From: a virus
Lineage: Duplodnaviria; Caudoviricetes
IMG/VR virus record: IMGVR_UViG_3300031857_000140
Span: 2,017 to 66,016 of that record
Direction: 5' to 3' (one strand)
Length of the DNA stretch: 64,000 bases
A model generated the notes under the pieces. It was not told where the DNA came from and did not search any database. It saw only the letters and a list, made by a program, of their open reading frames with translations. Position 1 is the stretch's first letter; every line of letters begins with the position of its first letter. Below are positions 1-9,776 of the stretch, piece by piece. The position numbers were made by a program, and so were the translations under genes.

Positions 1-3000
1 ATTTTTAAATTCCGTTACAACATTTGCAGGTAGTTCCGGATACTATGGTCGAATTTCAACAGAGTATAATTACCCATACATTGAAACATTTATTGATTCA
101 ATAGCTGCCGCATCTTGGGATAGTAGATTGGTTTTTCGCACCAATTCAAATGCTGGTGGAGCCACAACCGGAATGGTAATTGACCCATTTGGAAAAGTCG
201 GCATTGGAACCACGAGTCCGGCTGCGAAACTTACAGTAGCTGGAACCACATACTTAAATCTGACATCTGATTATTTTGGGGCTTCAACTACTGTTCAAAT
301 AAGTAGTGGTAGTGGCTCTAATGCTGTAGGAATACTATCAAATACTTTTTACTTATATCCATATTCATCTAACACTACGACTAGTTTGGTTTATGGATAT
401 AACGGAAATGCAAGCTGGGGCCTTACAAACGCTGGAGGCAACAGCAGGTTTGATTTCTATAGCTACTCCGCCGGAAGTAGCATTATGTCAATAACTAGTT
501 CAGGCAACGTTGGTATTGGCACTACTAGTCCTTCGTATAAGTTAGACGTAAGTGGGCAAATTAGGGTTGATAATGGAGTAGGAAATGGTTCCGGCCAGGC
601 GCTTATAGTTGGTGGTTCTGGAGATGTAACATTATCTGATGGAGGTTCATTATTCTTTGGAGCATACGATTATGGTGGCTCAACATATATTAGAGGATAT
701 GACTCTGGTGACGTTATGTACTTCTACAGTAACGGTACCAACGCAGTTTACTTTAAAAGCGATAGAGCAATATTCAGCGTTAACGTCGGTATTGGCACGA
801 CGAGTCCGTCATCTAAACTGCACGTATCTTCTTCCGGAGAAACAACTTTAATTATAGACTCCACTTCAGCTGGAACAGCTAGAATTAATCTAACTGGAGC
901 CGGTGGTGGAGCTGGTGCTATAACTAGTACTGTAGGTGGATTATATGTTTACGCATCAGGCGCTAATCCTATTACGTTTAATACAAACGGTTCCGAACGT
1001 CTCCGTGTAGAGTCAAATGGCAACGTAGGCATTGGGACGACGAGTCCTAGTACTAAGCTTGATGTTATTGGAACTGGTATATTTGGAACTATGACCACAT
1101 CAAGGGGGTCATACTCAAATGGGCTTTCTTTGCAAAATAATGGTGGGCAAGCAACGAGTTTATTTTTGTGGCAGGACGGTGTAGCTTCTGCTCACATTGG
1201 TTCACCGGCAAATAGCACAAGTCTTCACATTGTAAACAGCTATAATACTGGCTTAATTACTGACCCAAATGCCATAGTGTTAAACAATACTGGAAACGTC
1301 GGCATTGGCACTGCGACTCCTGGAGCTAAAATCCACGTTGTAGGTACGGAGTCAAGATTTGGTGGCGTTGCAAGTGGATTCATATCTGTGTATAATGCAA
1401 CCGGTAGAAGTGGATACATCCAAGCCAATGGCGGCACAGACCTAAGAATAGCCTCTGATTCCGACCCAATGACTATGTATGTCAACGGTTCAGAGCGAAT
1501 GCGTATTTCATCTGTAGGAGCACTCAAACTAAATGCTTATGGTTCCGGTTCAAATACCGGAACCGCCACCCAGCGTCTTGCTGTTGACGCTAGCGGTAAC
1601 GTCATTGAGATACCCATTGGCTCAGGACCAGTAGACGGAAACGGTACTGCGAACTATGTTACCAAGTGGAGTGATACTGATACGATTACTAATTCTATTA
1701 TCTATGATAATGGAACGAATGTGGGTATTGGGACTGCTACTCCTTCATCTAAGCTTGATGTTGCCGGAAGCACAAACGTTTCCACAACAAATTTCTATAG
1801 ATATGATGGAGACACAGGAATATTTGGCTCTGGAACATCAATATCTGGTGGTACCGCAAATCAATTGGGTATTCGTGCAGCAAATGAGATATTGTTTGCT
1901 ACAAACGGAGCCACCGAAAAGATGCGCCTTACTACAGGCGGACAGCTTATCGTTGGCGGAACTACTGTTGGTTATGCTGGCACAAAGCTCCAAGTAGGTA
2001 ATACATCCGACGTTCAGAATGGATTAAACATCCTAACGTCCACCACTGGATATGGATACATTCTATTTGGTGATGGGGCTGGTGCTGACACCTATGTTGG
2101 TCAGATATGGTATTACCACGGTGATAACTATATGGGCTTCCAGACCAATGGAGGAGAACGAATGCGCATCAATAGCGCAGGAAACATAGGAATTGGTACT
2201 ACAAGTCCAGCATATCGTTTAGATGTTCAAGCGGCGGCAGGGGTTGCTGTAAGAGTTAGAAATACATTCAATACAGATGATGCTTATTTTCTAGCTCAAA
2301 GCACATTAGGAAGTGCATTGTTTGGCATTAACGCAACTGGACAATACTTATATACTGGTGATGCAATACCAACATTGTTTTACAATAGCGGTACCGAACG
2401 TATGCGAATCACCAGCGCCGGCAACGTCGGCATTGGTACTACGAGTCCAGCTTCTGCATTGCAAATAGGTAGCGTAGGCTCAACTGGATATAGCGTTGGA
2501 AATGGTTTAGCTTTTGGTGACGGAACAAGAGCTGGAGCATTAAATGTTGATTCTAATGGAACTACTTTATACTCTAGTACCAATCTTATATTCTCTCCCG
2601 GTACAACAGAAGCAGTTCGAATCACAAGCTCTGGCTACTTCGGTATTGGCACGACGAGCCCAGGGGCTAAATTGCACGTATCAGGTGGAGAAATAAGAGT
2701 AGACGCAGGTCAAGCAATAACTCTTGACATAGTAAATAGTATGTACTTAGTTGGTGCTTCAAACCAATTAAGACTTTACAACGGTGGAAATGCTGTAATA
2801 AACATTACCGCTGGAGGCAATGTAGGTATTTTGACAACCAGTCCAAATAATAAGCTTCAGATTGGCTCGACGGGCTCGAGTGGATATTCGGGTAATGACA
2901 TTGCTATAGGCAATGGAACGCAAGTAATGGCGTTTTACCAAAGCGCTACTGTATCTACTTGGTATACCAACACTAGCTTTTCTCTTATGCCATCTGGCGC

Positions 3001-3670
3001 TGGGTCGGTAGGAAATCTTGGTGTAGGTACTGATAGTCCAACACAACGTGTTCACGTATCTGGCAACATCCGGGTAACCGGAGCCTACTACGACTCCAAC
3101 AACTCAGCAGGCTCATCAGGGCAGGTGCTGAGCTCTACAGGCTCAGGCACCGACTGGGTGAGCCTCTCTGAAATCACAGGAGTAGACGGAACCGGTACGG
3201 CTAACTACGTTGCTAAGTGGAGCGATACGGATACCATTACGAACTCATCCATCACAGACAACGGAAGTACAGTAACGGCAACTGTTGACCGCCTGAATAT
3301 GAATAAGCAGGCGGGCATCTATGTGTTCTCAAAGACAGTAGGTACATCAGCCACCTCTGACTTCTTTAGTATATCAAACTCCCACGGAGCCCAAGCGTTC
3401 AGGGTTACCTTTGTGTGTAGCACAAGTGGTTATTCAGTGGCAAAAACATACGAGGTCGTTCACGGATATGGAGGCTCGCCAGTGTACAACAAGATTGTAG
3501 ATACTGGTGCGTATTCTGGAAATGACTTTGATGTTGTGTTTGCTGACTCAAATGGCAGCGCTGGCACGAAGGCTACTGTGACAAACAACAGCACAACAAA
3601 CTCTGGTAACATCGTAGCCACCGTATTCCTTGGTGGTGGCTCAGAAACTATAACTGTAACAGCTCTCTAA
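1..3670 (+). CDS. Long tail fibre / receptor-binding protein 1 (3' part; true start at 61954, about 1351 aa across the wrap)
   Basis: About 11 GNVGIGTTSP-type repeats with ERMRI linkers in this part; frame continuous with ATG at 61954; tail gene cluster. Confidence 0.85.
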   Translation, partial: FLNSVTTFAGSSGYYGRISTEYNYPYIETFIDSIAAASWDSRLVFRTNSNAGGATTGMVIDPFGKVGIGTTSPAAKLTVAGTTYLNLTSDYFGASTTVQISSGSGSNAVGILSNTFYLYPYSSNTTTSLVYGYNGNASWGLTNAGGNSRFDFYSYSAGSSIMSITSSGNVGIGTTSPSYKLDVSGQIRVDNGVGNGSGQALIVGGSGDVTLSDGGSLFFGAYDYGGSTYIRGYDSGDVMYFYSNGTNAVYFKSDRAIFSVNVGIGTTSPSSKLHVSSSGETTLIIDSTSAGTARINLTGAGGGAGAITSTVGGLYVYASGANPITFNTNGSERLRVESNGNVGIGTTSPSTKLDVIGTGIFGTMTTSRGSYSNGLSLQNNGGQATSLFLWQDGVASAHIGSPANSTSLHIVNSYNTGLITDPNAIVLNNTGNVGIGTATPGAKIHVVGTESRFGGVASGFISVYNATGRSGYIQANGGTDLRIASDSDPMTMYVNGSERMRISSVGALKLNAYGSGSNTGTATQRLAVDASGNVIEIPIGSGPVDGNGTANYVTKWSDTDTITNSIIYDNGTNVGIGTATPSSKLDVAGSTNVSTTNFYRYDGDTGIFGSGTSISGGTANQLGIRAANEILFATNGATEKMRLTTGGQLIVGGTTVGYAGTKLQVGNTSDVQNGLNILTSTTGYGYILFGDGAGADTYVGQIWYYHGDNYMGFQTNGGERMRINSAGNIGIGTTSPAYRLDVQAAAGVAVRVRNTFNTDDAYFLAQSTLGSALFGINATGQYLYTGDAIPTLFYNSGTERMRITSAGNVGIGTTSPASALQIGSVGSTGYSVGNGLAFGDGTRAGALNVDSNGTTLYSSTNLIFSPGTTEAVRITSSGYFGIGTTSPGAKLHVSGGEIRVDAGQAITLDIVNSMYLVGASNQLRLYNGGNAVINITAGGNVGILTTSPNNKLQIGSTGSSGYSGNDIAIGNGTQVMAFYQSATVSTWYTNTSFSLMPSGAGSVGNLGVGTDSPTQRVHVSGNIRVTGAYYDSNNSAGSSGQVLSSTGSGTDWVSLSEITGVDGTGTANYVAKWSDTDTITNSSITDNGSTVTATVDRLNMNKQAGIYVFSKTVGTSATSDFFSISNSHGAQAFRVTFVCSTSGYSVAKTYEVVHGYGGSPVYNKIVDTGAYSGNDFDVVFADSNGSAGTKATVTNNSTTNSGNIVATVFLGGGSETITVTAL

Positions 3671-3673
3671 GAT

Positions 3674-6661
3674 ATGGCAAACACTTTTAACCATAACGGT
3701 AAAGTAGTAATCACTGATGGTGGTAACGTAGGCATTGGTACGACTAGTCCAACAAGACTATTAGAAATCTCAGCAACAAATCCACAATTCAGCATCAAGT
3801 CAACAAGTGCAACAGGATTTAGTGAATTGTATTTTGGTGACAATACTGCCGACAATGGATGGATTGGGTATGCACATAATGGAGATTATATGTATTTCGG
3901 AACTAATAACTCCGAACGAATGCGCATCACTGCCGCAGGTAACGTCGGCATTGGTACGACTAGTCCAACCTATAAACTAGAGGTTGTTGGCGGAAGTGTT
4001 AACACTCAGATAGCAAGATTCATAACAGCTGATTACCCAACACACAGTGTTGGACTTGGTGTTGATGCCCAATCTACATATTGGGGAGCATCTATCTTCC
4101 AAGATGATGTCAAAAGATTTACTGTAGATAGTACTGGAGGTATTCTTGTTGGAGGAAACTATCAAGGCTCAGATGCTCCAGCTAATGGAGCTGCTATTGA
4201 GGGTAGCGTAGGTATTGGTACGACGAGTCCATCGTATAAATTGGATGTATTTGGAGGATTTAATGCTGTAACATCCGGGGTAAATATAACTTACGACAAC
4301 GGTATTCTATACCACGGTAACTACTACCAGATTACTAGTGGAAACAATTACCTATTATACGCAAGAGGAGGAGGAGCTTTACTTTTAGGTAGTGATGATG
4401 TTGAACGTATACGCATCACCAGCGCAGGCAACGTCGGCATTGGGACGACGAGTCCTGTGTCACACGCACCAAGCAGAAGAACATTGGTTGTAGCTGATAC
4501 AGTTAATGGAGCCAACGTAGAGATATGGGGTAATAATGCAGGTGGAAAGTCTATACTTCAAAGTGTAGGTGGAGATACCTATGTAGGTAATCTTGCTAAC
4601 GGTAGTGGAGCTGGAACTACATATATAACGTCTGGGAATGGAAGTACTTATACTACTTTCTTAGCAAACGGAAACGTCGGCATTGGCACGACGACGCCAG
4701 AAGGAAAGCTTCACGTATCAGGAGGTCAGGTTGTTTTAAAGGGTGGGGGAGCCACAGACCAGCAGATAGTTTACAACTTCGCTAGAGAGTATGTAAATGG
4801 AATCTATAACTCTAGTGGTCACTTCAGACTACAAGACAACTCACTAGGTGGAACTGTATATCAATGGGATGGAAGCTCATTCTGTTTTCCGAATGGCAAC
4901 GTCGGCATTGGCACGACGAGTCCAGGGTATAAACTAGAAGTAAACGGAGACATTGGCTTTAGCATTGGCGCTTCATTAAAATGGGGGGGAAATACATACA
5001 TATACGGAGAGAATAATGTCCAAATACAAGCTGTTGTCAATGGCAATACTGGATTATTCATAAACTCATCTGGCAACGTCGGTATTGGTACGACGGCCCC
5101 GGGAGCTCCTCTTCACGTATACAAGTCAGATACATATTCGGCTATTGTTTCAAGAGCAGATTGGAATAGCAGCGTACCAACGAAGCTTGCGCTTGGAAAG
5201 CAATATGGAGTTCTTGCATTCATATCTACCGACTTGGTAGAAACCACAACTGATACTTCTTATATAGCTCTTAACTACAAGAGTGGACTAACAACTTTTG
5301 CTGAGGGGCTTCGTGTTTACAACAACGGCAACGTCGGCATTGGTACGACAAGTCCTGGGGCAAAGCTTGAGGTTACTGATGAGATAAGAGTTTCATCAGG
5401 CGGTTCCTACGCATCGTTTACTGCTCGCAATACTGGCACTACTGGCGGCGGTGGCTTGCTTGGTTATCAGAATGGTGTAGCAAACGCATTCTTTGGCGTC
5501 GCTGGTTGGTATCTCGGGAATTCCGACACTGGTATTATCGTTGGAACAGATAGTTCAAGCAGACCGATTCGTTTCTACACGAATACCGAGCGTATGCGTA
5601 TTTCCGGTGATGGCAACGTCGGCATTGGGACGACGAGCCCATCTTACAAATTGCACCTAGTTGGGGGTAGTGAATATATAGATGGGGGTCTTGGTCCAAT
5701 TAACAGTTCGCCATATACATCAGCTAATCGTTTGATATTTAATAATGACTATAACGATGTAGCAAGAGGGCCAAATAAGATAACGCTATACGATGGCAGC
5801 TGGCTTGGAGGCTTTGGTATTCACAACAATACATTGGCATACTATTCGGGCGGAATTCACAACTGGTATCTAGCCTCGGATGCCACAAATGCTGTTTCGC
5901 TTATGACCCTTACGTCGGGTGGTAGTCTAGGCATTGGGACGACGAGTCCTTCCGAAAAGCTCCACGTAGACGGAAACGTAATCGTAACCTACAACAACTC
6001 GTTCCAAGGCATCAACAGCATCGGCAACAAGGCTATCCTGGCTCGGGTGTCTCCGACTACCGGAATCATCAACTACGCTGAGTACGCAACAGCTACCAAC
6101 CTCAACGGCTTTGTTCTGGGTTCCGACGACGCACGAGTCAAAGGAGACATCGCAACAGACTCTCTTGACTTCATCACCAACACATCCAGTCGGATGTTTA
6201 TCAACTCAAGTGGTAACGTTGGTATTGGAACTACAAGTCCAAGCTATAAGCTAGACGTTGTTGGAGACTCTCGCATCACCTCTGGTTCCTTAGGCGTGGG
6301 CGTAGCTCCTAACGCCACCGACGGACGGATTGACGCATCCAACGACATCGTAGCCTACTCTACCTCTGACCAGCGCCTCAAGGAGAACGTAACGCCAATC
6401 GAGAACGCACTCGAGAAGGTGAAGACGCTCACTGGTGTGGAGTTCGACTGGAAGGAAGATACGGCTCACGTCCACGGCTACCACGGACACGACGTAGGTA
6501 TCATTGCTCAGGACGTGCAGGCTGTTCTCCCAGAGGCTGTCCGCACCAACGAAAGCGGCTACCTATCTGTACGCTACGAGAAGATGATTGCGCTCTTGAT
6601 TGAGGCAAACAAAGAACTTGCTGCTCGTGTTGAATTTTTGGAACAAAAACTTAAACAGTAA
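3674..6661 (+). CDS. Tail fibre 2 with C-terminal peptidase S74-type intramolecular chaperone
   Basis: 11 GNVGIGTTSP repeats; C-terminal SDQRLKENV...GIIAQDVQAVLPEAV...VRYEKM plus coiled coil. Confidence 0.88.
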   Translation: MANTFNHNGKVVITDGGNVGIGTTSPTRLLEISATNPQFSIKSTSATGFSELYFGDNTADNGWIGYAHNGDYMYFGTNNSERMRITAAGNVGIGTTSPTYKLEVVGGSVNTQIARFITADYPTHSVGLGVDAQSTYWGASIFQDDVKRFTVDSTGGILVGGNYQGSDAPANGAAIEGSVGIGTTSPSYKLDVFGGFNAVTSGVNITYDNGILYHGNYYQITSGNNYLLYARGGGALLLGSDDVERIRITSAGNVGIGTTSPVSHAPSRRTLVVADTVNGANVEIWGNNAGGKSILQSVGGDTYVGNLANGSGAGTTYITSGNGSTYTTFLANGNVGIGTTTPEGKLHVSGGQVVLKGGGATDQQIVYNFAREYVNGIYNSSGHFRLQDNSLGGTVYQWDGSSFCFPNGNVGIGTTSPGYKLEVNGDIGFSIGASLKWGGNTYIYGENNVQIQAVVNGNTGLFINSSGNVGIGTTAPGAPLHVYKSDTYSAIVSRADWNSSVPTKLALGKQYGVLAFISTDLVETTTDTSYIALNYKSGLTTFAEGLRVYNNGNVGIGTTSPGAKLEVTDEIRVSSGGSYASFTARNTGTTGGGGLLGYQNGVANAFFGVAGWYLGNSDTGIIVGTDSSSRPIRFYTNTERMRISGDGNVGIGTTSPSYKLHLVGGSEYIDGGLGPINSSPYTSANRLIFNNDYNDVARGPNKITLYDGSWLGGFGIHNNTLAYYSGGIHNWYLASDATNAVSLMTLTSGGSLGIGTTSPSEKLHVDGNVIVTYNNSFQGINSIGNKAILARVSPTTGIINYAEYATATNLNGFVLGSDDARVKGDIATDSLDFITNTSSRMFINSSGNVGIGTTSPSYKLDVVGDSRITSGSLGVGVAPNATDGRIDASNDIVAYSTSDQRLKENVTPIENALEKVKTLTGVEFDWKEDTAHVHGYHGHDVGIIAQDVQAVLPEAVRTNESGYLSVRYEKMIALLIEANKELAARVEFLEQKLKQ

Positions 6662-7086
6662 TGGCACTTCCTAGCTCGGGCCCTTTAAGCATCAACGACA
6701 TCAGAGTAGAGCTTCAGCAGTCACAGGCCAACAGCTCTCTCCGGTCGTTGTCTAATATCGCAGGATTCTCAACTCCTGATGCTATATCTGAGTTCTATGG
6801 ATACTCGTATGCCAACTATAACTATTTCCAGATAAATAGCGTTGGATATACCTCTTCGTCAGAGGCTTGTACATTTGGTGACGCAGACAATCTAACCCTG
6901 TACTTTGCAGGAAGTGGAGGAACCCAGGCTTGTCCGTCAATAGGAACATACGTATTCACAGACACCGCACTAACAAACAAGTTTGACGGAGGCGATAAGT
7001 GGTATAAATCGAGTGAATGTAATGCGTCGTATTACATACTTAAGTTTCCAAACACTGGACTTGTAGAGAGTTCAGAGGGTTGTTAG
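6661..7086 (+). CDS. Putative fibre-tip/adhesin protein
   Basis: MALPSSGPLSINDIRVEL N-terminus typical of genes following S74 fibres; Cys-containing AT-rich C-terminus. Confidence 0.5.
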   Translation: MALPSSGPLSINDIRVELQQSQANSSLRSLSNIAGFSTPDAISEFYGYSYANYNYFQINSVGYTSSSEACTFGDADNLTLYFAGSGGTQACPSIGTYVFTDTALTNKFDGGDKWYKSSECNASYYILKFPNTGLVESSEGC

Positions 7087-7128
7087 TATTTCGTATATTT
7101 GTCTCACTAATTAGTAAACAAAACACAA

Positions 7129-7515
7129 ATGGCCATTATCTATTCTTGGGATTGCCGCACTGTCGACTGCTACCCCACCAAAGATGAGCAAGGCGTAGAG
7201 CTGGATGACGTTGTATACAACATCCACTGGCGCCTAACCGGAACCGAAGAGTCTGGAGGCAAGACCTACTCTGCTACCGTTATCGGTACGCAGATGGTTA
7301 CTGCTGACGACATCGACCCAGCTACCTTCATTCCTTTCGACGAACTTACCAACGAGATTGCAACTGGCTGGTGCACCGCAGCAATGGGTGAAGAGCAGGT
7401 TGCTAACCTCGAGACCTCTGTTGCTAACCAGATTGCTTCACAAATCAATCCGACCAGCATCACCTTAGTTATCGGTGAGCCGGCACCAGTGCCTCCCGCT
7501 CCCGTAGCTGAATAA
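7129..7515 (+). CDS. Putative tail fibre assembly/accessory protein
   Basis: DVVYNIHWRL...FIPFDELT...W pattern; position after fibres; TATATTTG at 7094. Confidence 0.5.
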   Translation: MAIIYSWDCRTVDCYPTKDEQGVELDDVVYNIHWRLTGTEESGGKTYSATVIGTQMVTADDIDPATFIPFDELTNEIATGWCTAAMGEEQVANLETSVANQIASQINPTSITLVIGEPAPVPPAPVAE

Positions 7516-7542
7516 CTTTACTAACCTCAAACTTCAATTAAA

Positions 7543-7800
7543 ATGGCGAAAGTCAAACAAGAGCTGCTCGACGCAGTAAAGGAAGTCCAGAAGAATCTTC
7601 AGGCTATCCAAATGGAACTAGGTGCAATCGCTCTTGCTGAGCTGCGCAAGGACGCCCTTCTTAAGGCGTACGAAGAGCAGCAGGTAAAAGGCAAGGAGGC
7701 TACTGATGCCATCCAAGCCGAGCACGGAGACGGGTCAGTTGACCTTGAGACCGGAGAGTTCACCCCGGCTCCTGCTCCCGAAGCAGAGGTTGTAGAGTAA
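7543..7800 (+). CDS. Small coiled-coil protein (fibre chaperone-like)
   Basis: Coiled coil ending EHGDGSVDLETGEF; followed by a terminator. Confidence 0.55.
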   Translation: MAKVKQELLDAVKEVQKNLQAIQMELGAIALAELRKDALLKAYEEQQVKGKEATDAIQAEHGDGSVDLETGEFTPAPAPEAEVVE

Positions 7801-7821
7801 GCAACAGCTAACACTACCGTC

Positions 7822-7854
7822 AAGGCCCCCACTAAAGGGGGCCTTTGTCTTTTT
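7822..7854 (+). terminator. Rho-independent terminator
   Basis: AAGGCCCCC-actaaa-GGGGGCCTT followed by a T-rich tract. Confidence 0.85.
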
Positions 7855-7883
7855 ACTTATTTTTGTATATCAATAGATAAGCT

Positions 7884-8207
7884 ATGGAAGACCGCATTAA
7901 GAATATGCTCAAGAAGCACGGGCTGTCGGGTGTTAACCGCCCAAAGAAAACCCCGTCGCATCCGACCAAGAAAGGCATCGTTCTTGCTAAGGTTGGAGAT
8001 AAGATTCGGTTGATTCGTTTTGGCGACCAGAAGATGGGCCACAACTACAGTCCCGAAGCTCGTAAGGCATTCAAGACTCGCCATGCAAAGAACATCGCCA
8101 AAGGAAAGATGAGTGCTGCCTATTGGTCGGACCGCGCGTTCTGGGCTGGCCCAAGTGGCGACAAGAAGATGCCGCCTAAATCGCAGAAATATACACGTGG
8201 AATCTAA
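7884..8207 (+). CDS. Small basic hypothetical protein
   Basis: Lys-rich; IRFGDQKM...FKTRH...AAYWS; TATTTTTG at 7858. Confidence 0.7.
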   Translation: MEDRIKNMLKKHGLSGVNRPKKTPSHPTKKGIVLAKVGDKIRLIRFGDQKMGHNYSPEARKAFKTRHAKNIAKGKMSAAYWSDRAFWAGPSGDKKMPPKSQKYTRGI

Positions 8208-8596
8208 TGGCAACAGCTACCAAAAAGAACCCGGCTCTTTGGAAACGAATAGTGTCCCAAGTGAAGTCTGGCACCAAGGGTGGGGACGCTGGGGAGTGGA
8301 GTGCGAGGAAGGCCCAATTAGCCGTTTCGTTATACAAGAAAGCAGGAGGCTCTTACGCGGGACCCAAGCGCTCGACTTCTCTCTCAAAGTGGACCCAGCA
8401 GAACTGGCGTACAAAAAGCGGTAAGCCTTCTTCTGAAACTGGAGAGCGCTATCTCCCGGAGAAAGCCATAAAGTCCCTGTCCTCAGCGGAATACGCAGCA
8501 ACGACTCGTGCCAAGAGAGAAGGAACAGCTAAAGGAAAGCAGTTTGTTGCTCAGCCAAAATCTGTTGCTAAGAAGGTCAAAAAGTTTCGTTCTTAA
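8207..8596 (+). CDS. Small basic hypothetical protein
   Basis: GG..GEWSARKAQL..LYKKAGGSY pattern; start overlaps upstream stop. Confidence 0.7.
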   Translation: MATATKKNPALWKRIVSQVKSGTKGGDAGEWSARKAQLAVSLYKKAGGSYAGPKRSTSLSKWTQQNWRTKSGKPSSETGERYLPEKAIKSLSSAEYAATTRAKREGTAKGKQFVAQPKSVAKKVKKFRS

Positions 8597-8667
8597 GATA
8601 TTTACACTCACGCAAAATGTAAGGTGTTCACATCTATACATTTGCATAAACCATTAAACGAATTTAT

Positions 8668-9768
8668 ATGAACTCAGTTGAATCACAAATGGAGCAGGCT
8701 CTCACGAGCGCAGGATTTTCGGTGTCGGACACTCCGCCCGCAGCCCTGATGAATGAGGCCGCTGAACAATTTACGGAGCCCGCTCCGGTGCAAACCGAAG
8801 CAGCTCCGCAAGCGCAGGAATCGACTCAGCCTGCAGGAGCACCTGAGCCACAAGCTCAGGGGCAACTGGAAAGTGAGCCGAGTTCTTTGACAGAACCCCT
8901 AAGCGGGGAACAATTCATGCCGTTCCCGGATGAAGTCTTTGGCGAAACGCCTGCTGACGATTATTCGGAAATGAGCGATGAGGAGTTCTCCGATATGTAT
9001 GCTCAACTTGACCCTCGCATTCAAGTTATCGCAGACTTCGTTGCCCAGACTGGTCGTTCTCCGGAAGATTGGTTTCGTTATCAGGCTCTAGACCCATCCG
9101 AAATGGATGATTTGACCGCGGTACGAATCAACCTTGCTAGTGAATATCCCAATCTGTCCAGTGAAGAGGTGAACCTGCTGTTGTCCAGCAAATACAAGAT
9201 GGACGACTCGGTTTACAGCGAAGATGAAATTCGCCTCGGTAACCTGCAGCTAAAGCTTGACGCTACAAAAGCTCGTACGCAAATGGAACAGCTCCGTGAG
9301 CAGTTCGGTTTGCCTGAGTATGAAGCACAGTCTACGCAAGAGTTTGAAAGTCCTTTCGACGAAGCGTGGTTTCGGGGAATGCACCAGTCTCTAGGTGAGC
9401 TCGGACAGATTTCGTTCGACTTACCCAATGGAAAAGAGTTCAACTTTGGTGTACCGGAATCATACCGAAACGAATTGTTCAGAGAGAACGCGAACATAGA
9501 CACGTACTTCGATAAGTACATTGACGACCAAGGAAACTGGGACCATGACCTTTGGAATATGCACCGCACGGTAACGGATAACCTTCCGAACATCTTGCAG
9601 AATATATACCAACAGGGCCTTAGCGACGGACAGCGAGCAATCGTTGAACGTGCTGCTAACGTGGACGCATCGACCCCAGTCGCCCCTGTACAAAACCAAA
9701 AAAGCGCCTTAGCCGAGCAAGTCCTAGACGCGCTCGGACGGCAACAAACCTTAACCTTTAAAATCTAA
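8668..9768 (+). CDS. Putative capsid scaffolding protein
   Basis: Very acidic, disordered N-terminus; immediately upstream of the major capsid gene; TACATTTG at 8637. Confidence 0.7.
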   Translation: MNSVESQMEQALTSAGFSVSDTPPAALMNEAAEQFTEPAPVQTEAAPQAQESTQPAGAPEPQAQGQLESEPSSLTEPLSGEQFMPFPDEVFGETPADDYSEMSDEEFSDMYAQLDPRIQVIADFVAQTGRSPEDWFRYQALDPSEMDDLTAVRINLASEYPNLSSEEVNLLLSSKYKMDDSVYSEDEIRLGNLQLKLDATKARTQMEQLREQFGLPEYEAQSTQEFESPFDEAWFRGMHQSLGELGQISFDLPNGKEFNFGVPESYRNELFRENANIDTYFDKYIDDQGNWDHDLWNMHRTVTDNLPNILQNIYQQGLSDGQRAIVERAANVDASTPVAPVQNQKSALAEQVLDALGRQQTLTFKI

Positions 9769-9776
9769 CATAAGAG

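Noticed and set aside
191-6241. Regular 30-bp repeats as a CRISPR array
   Set aside because: Repeats are degenerate, in-frame coding, separated by about 150 bp or more, and no cas genes are present
1-7086. Diversity-generating retroelement or invertase shufflon acting on the fibres
   Set aside because: No reverse transcriptase, TR/VR pair, site-specific recombinase or inverted cassettes seen
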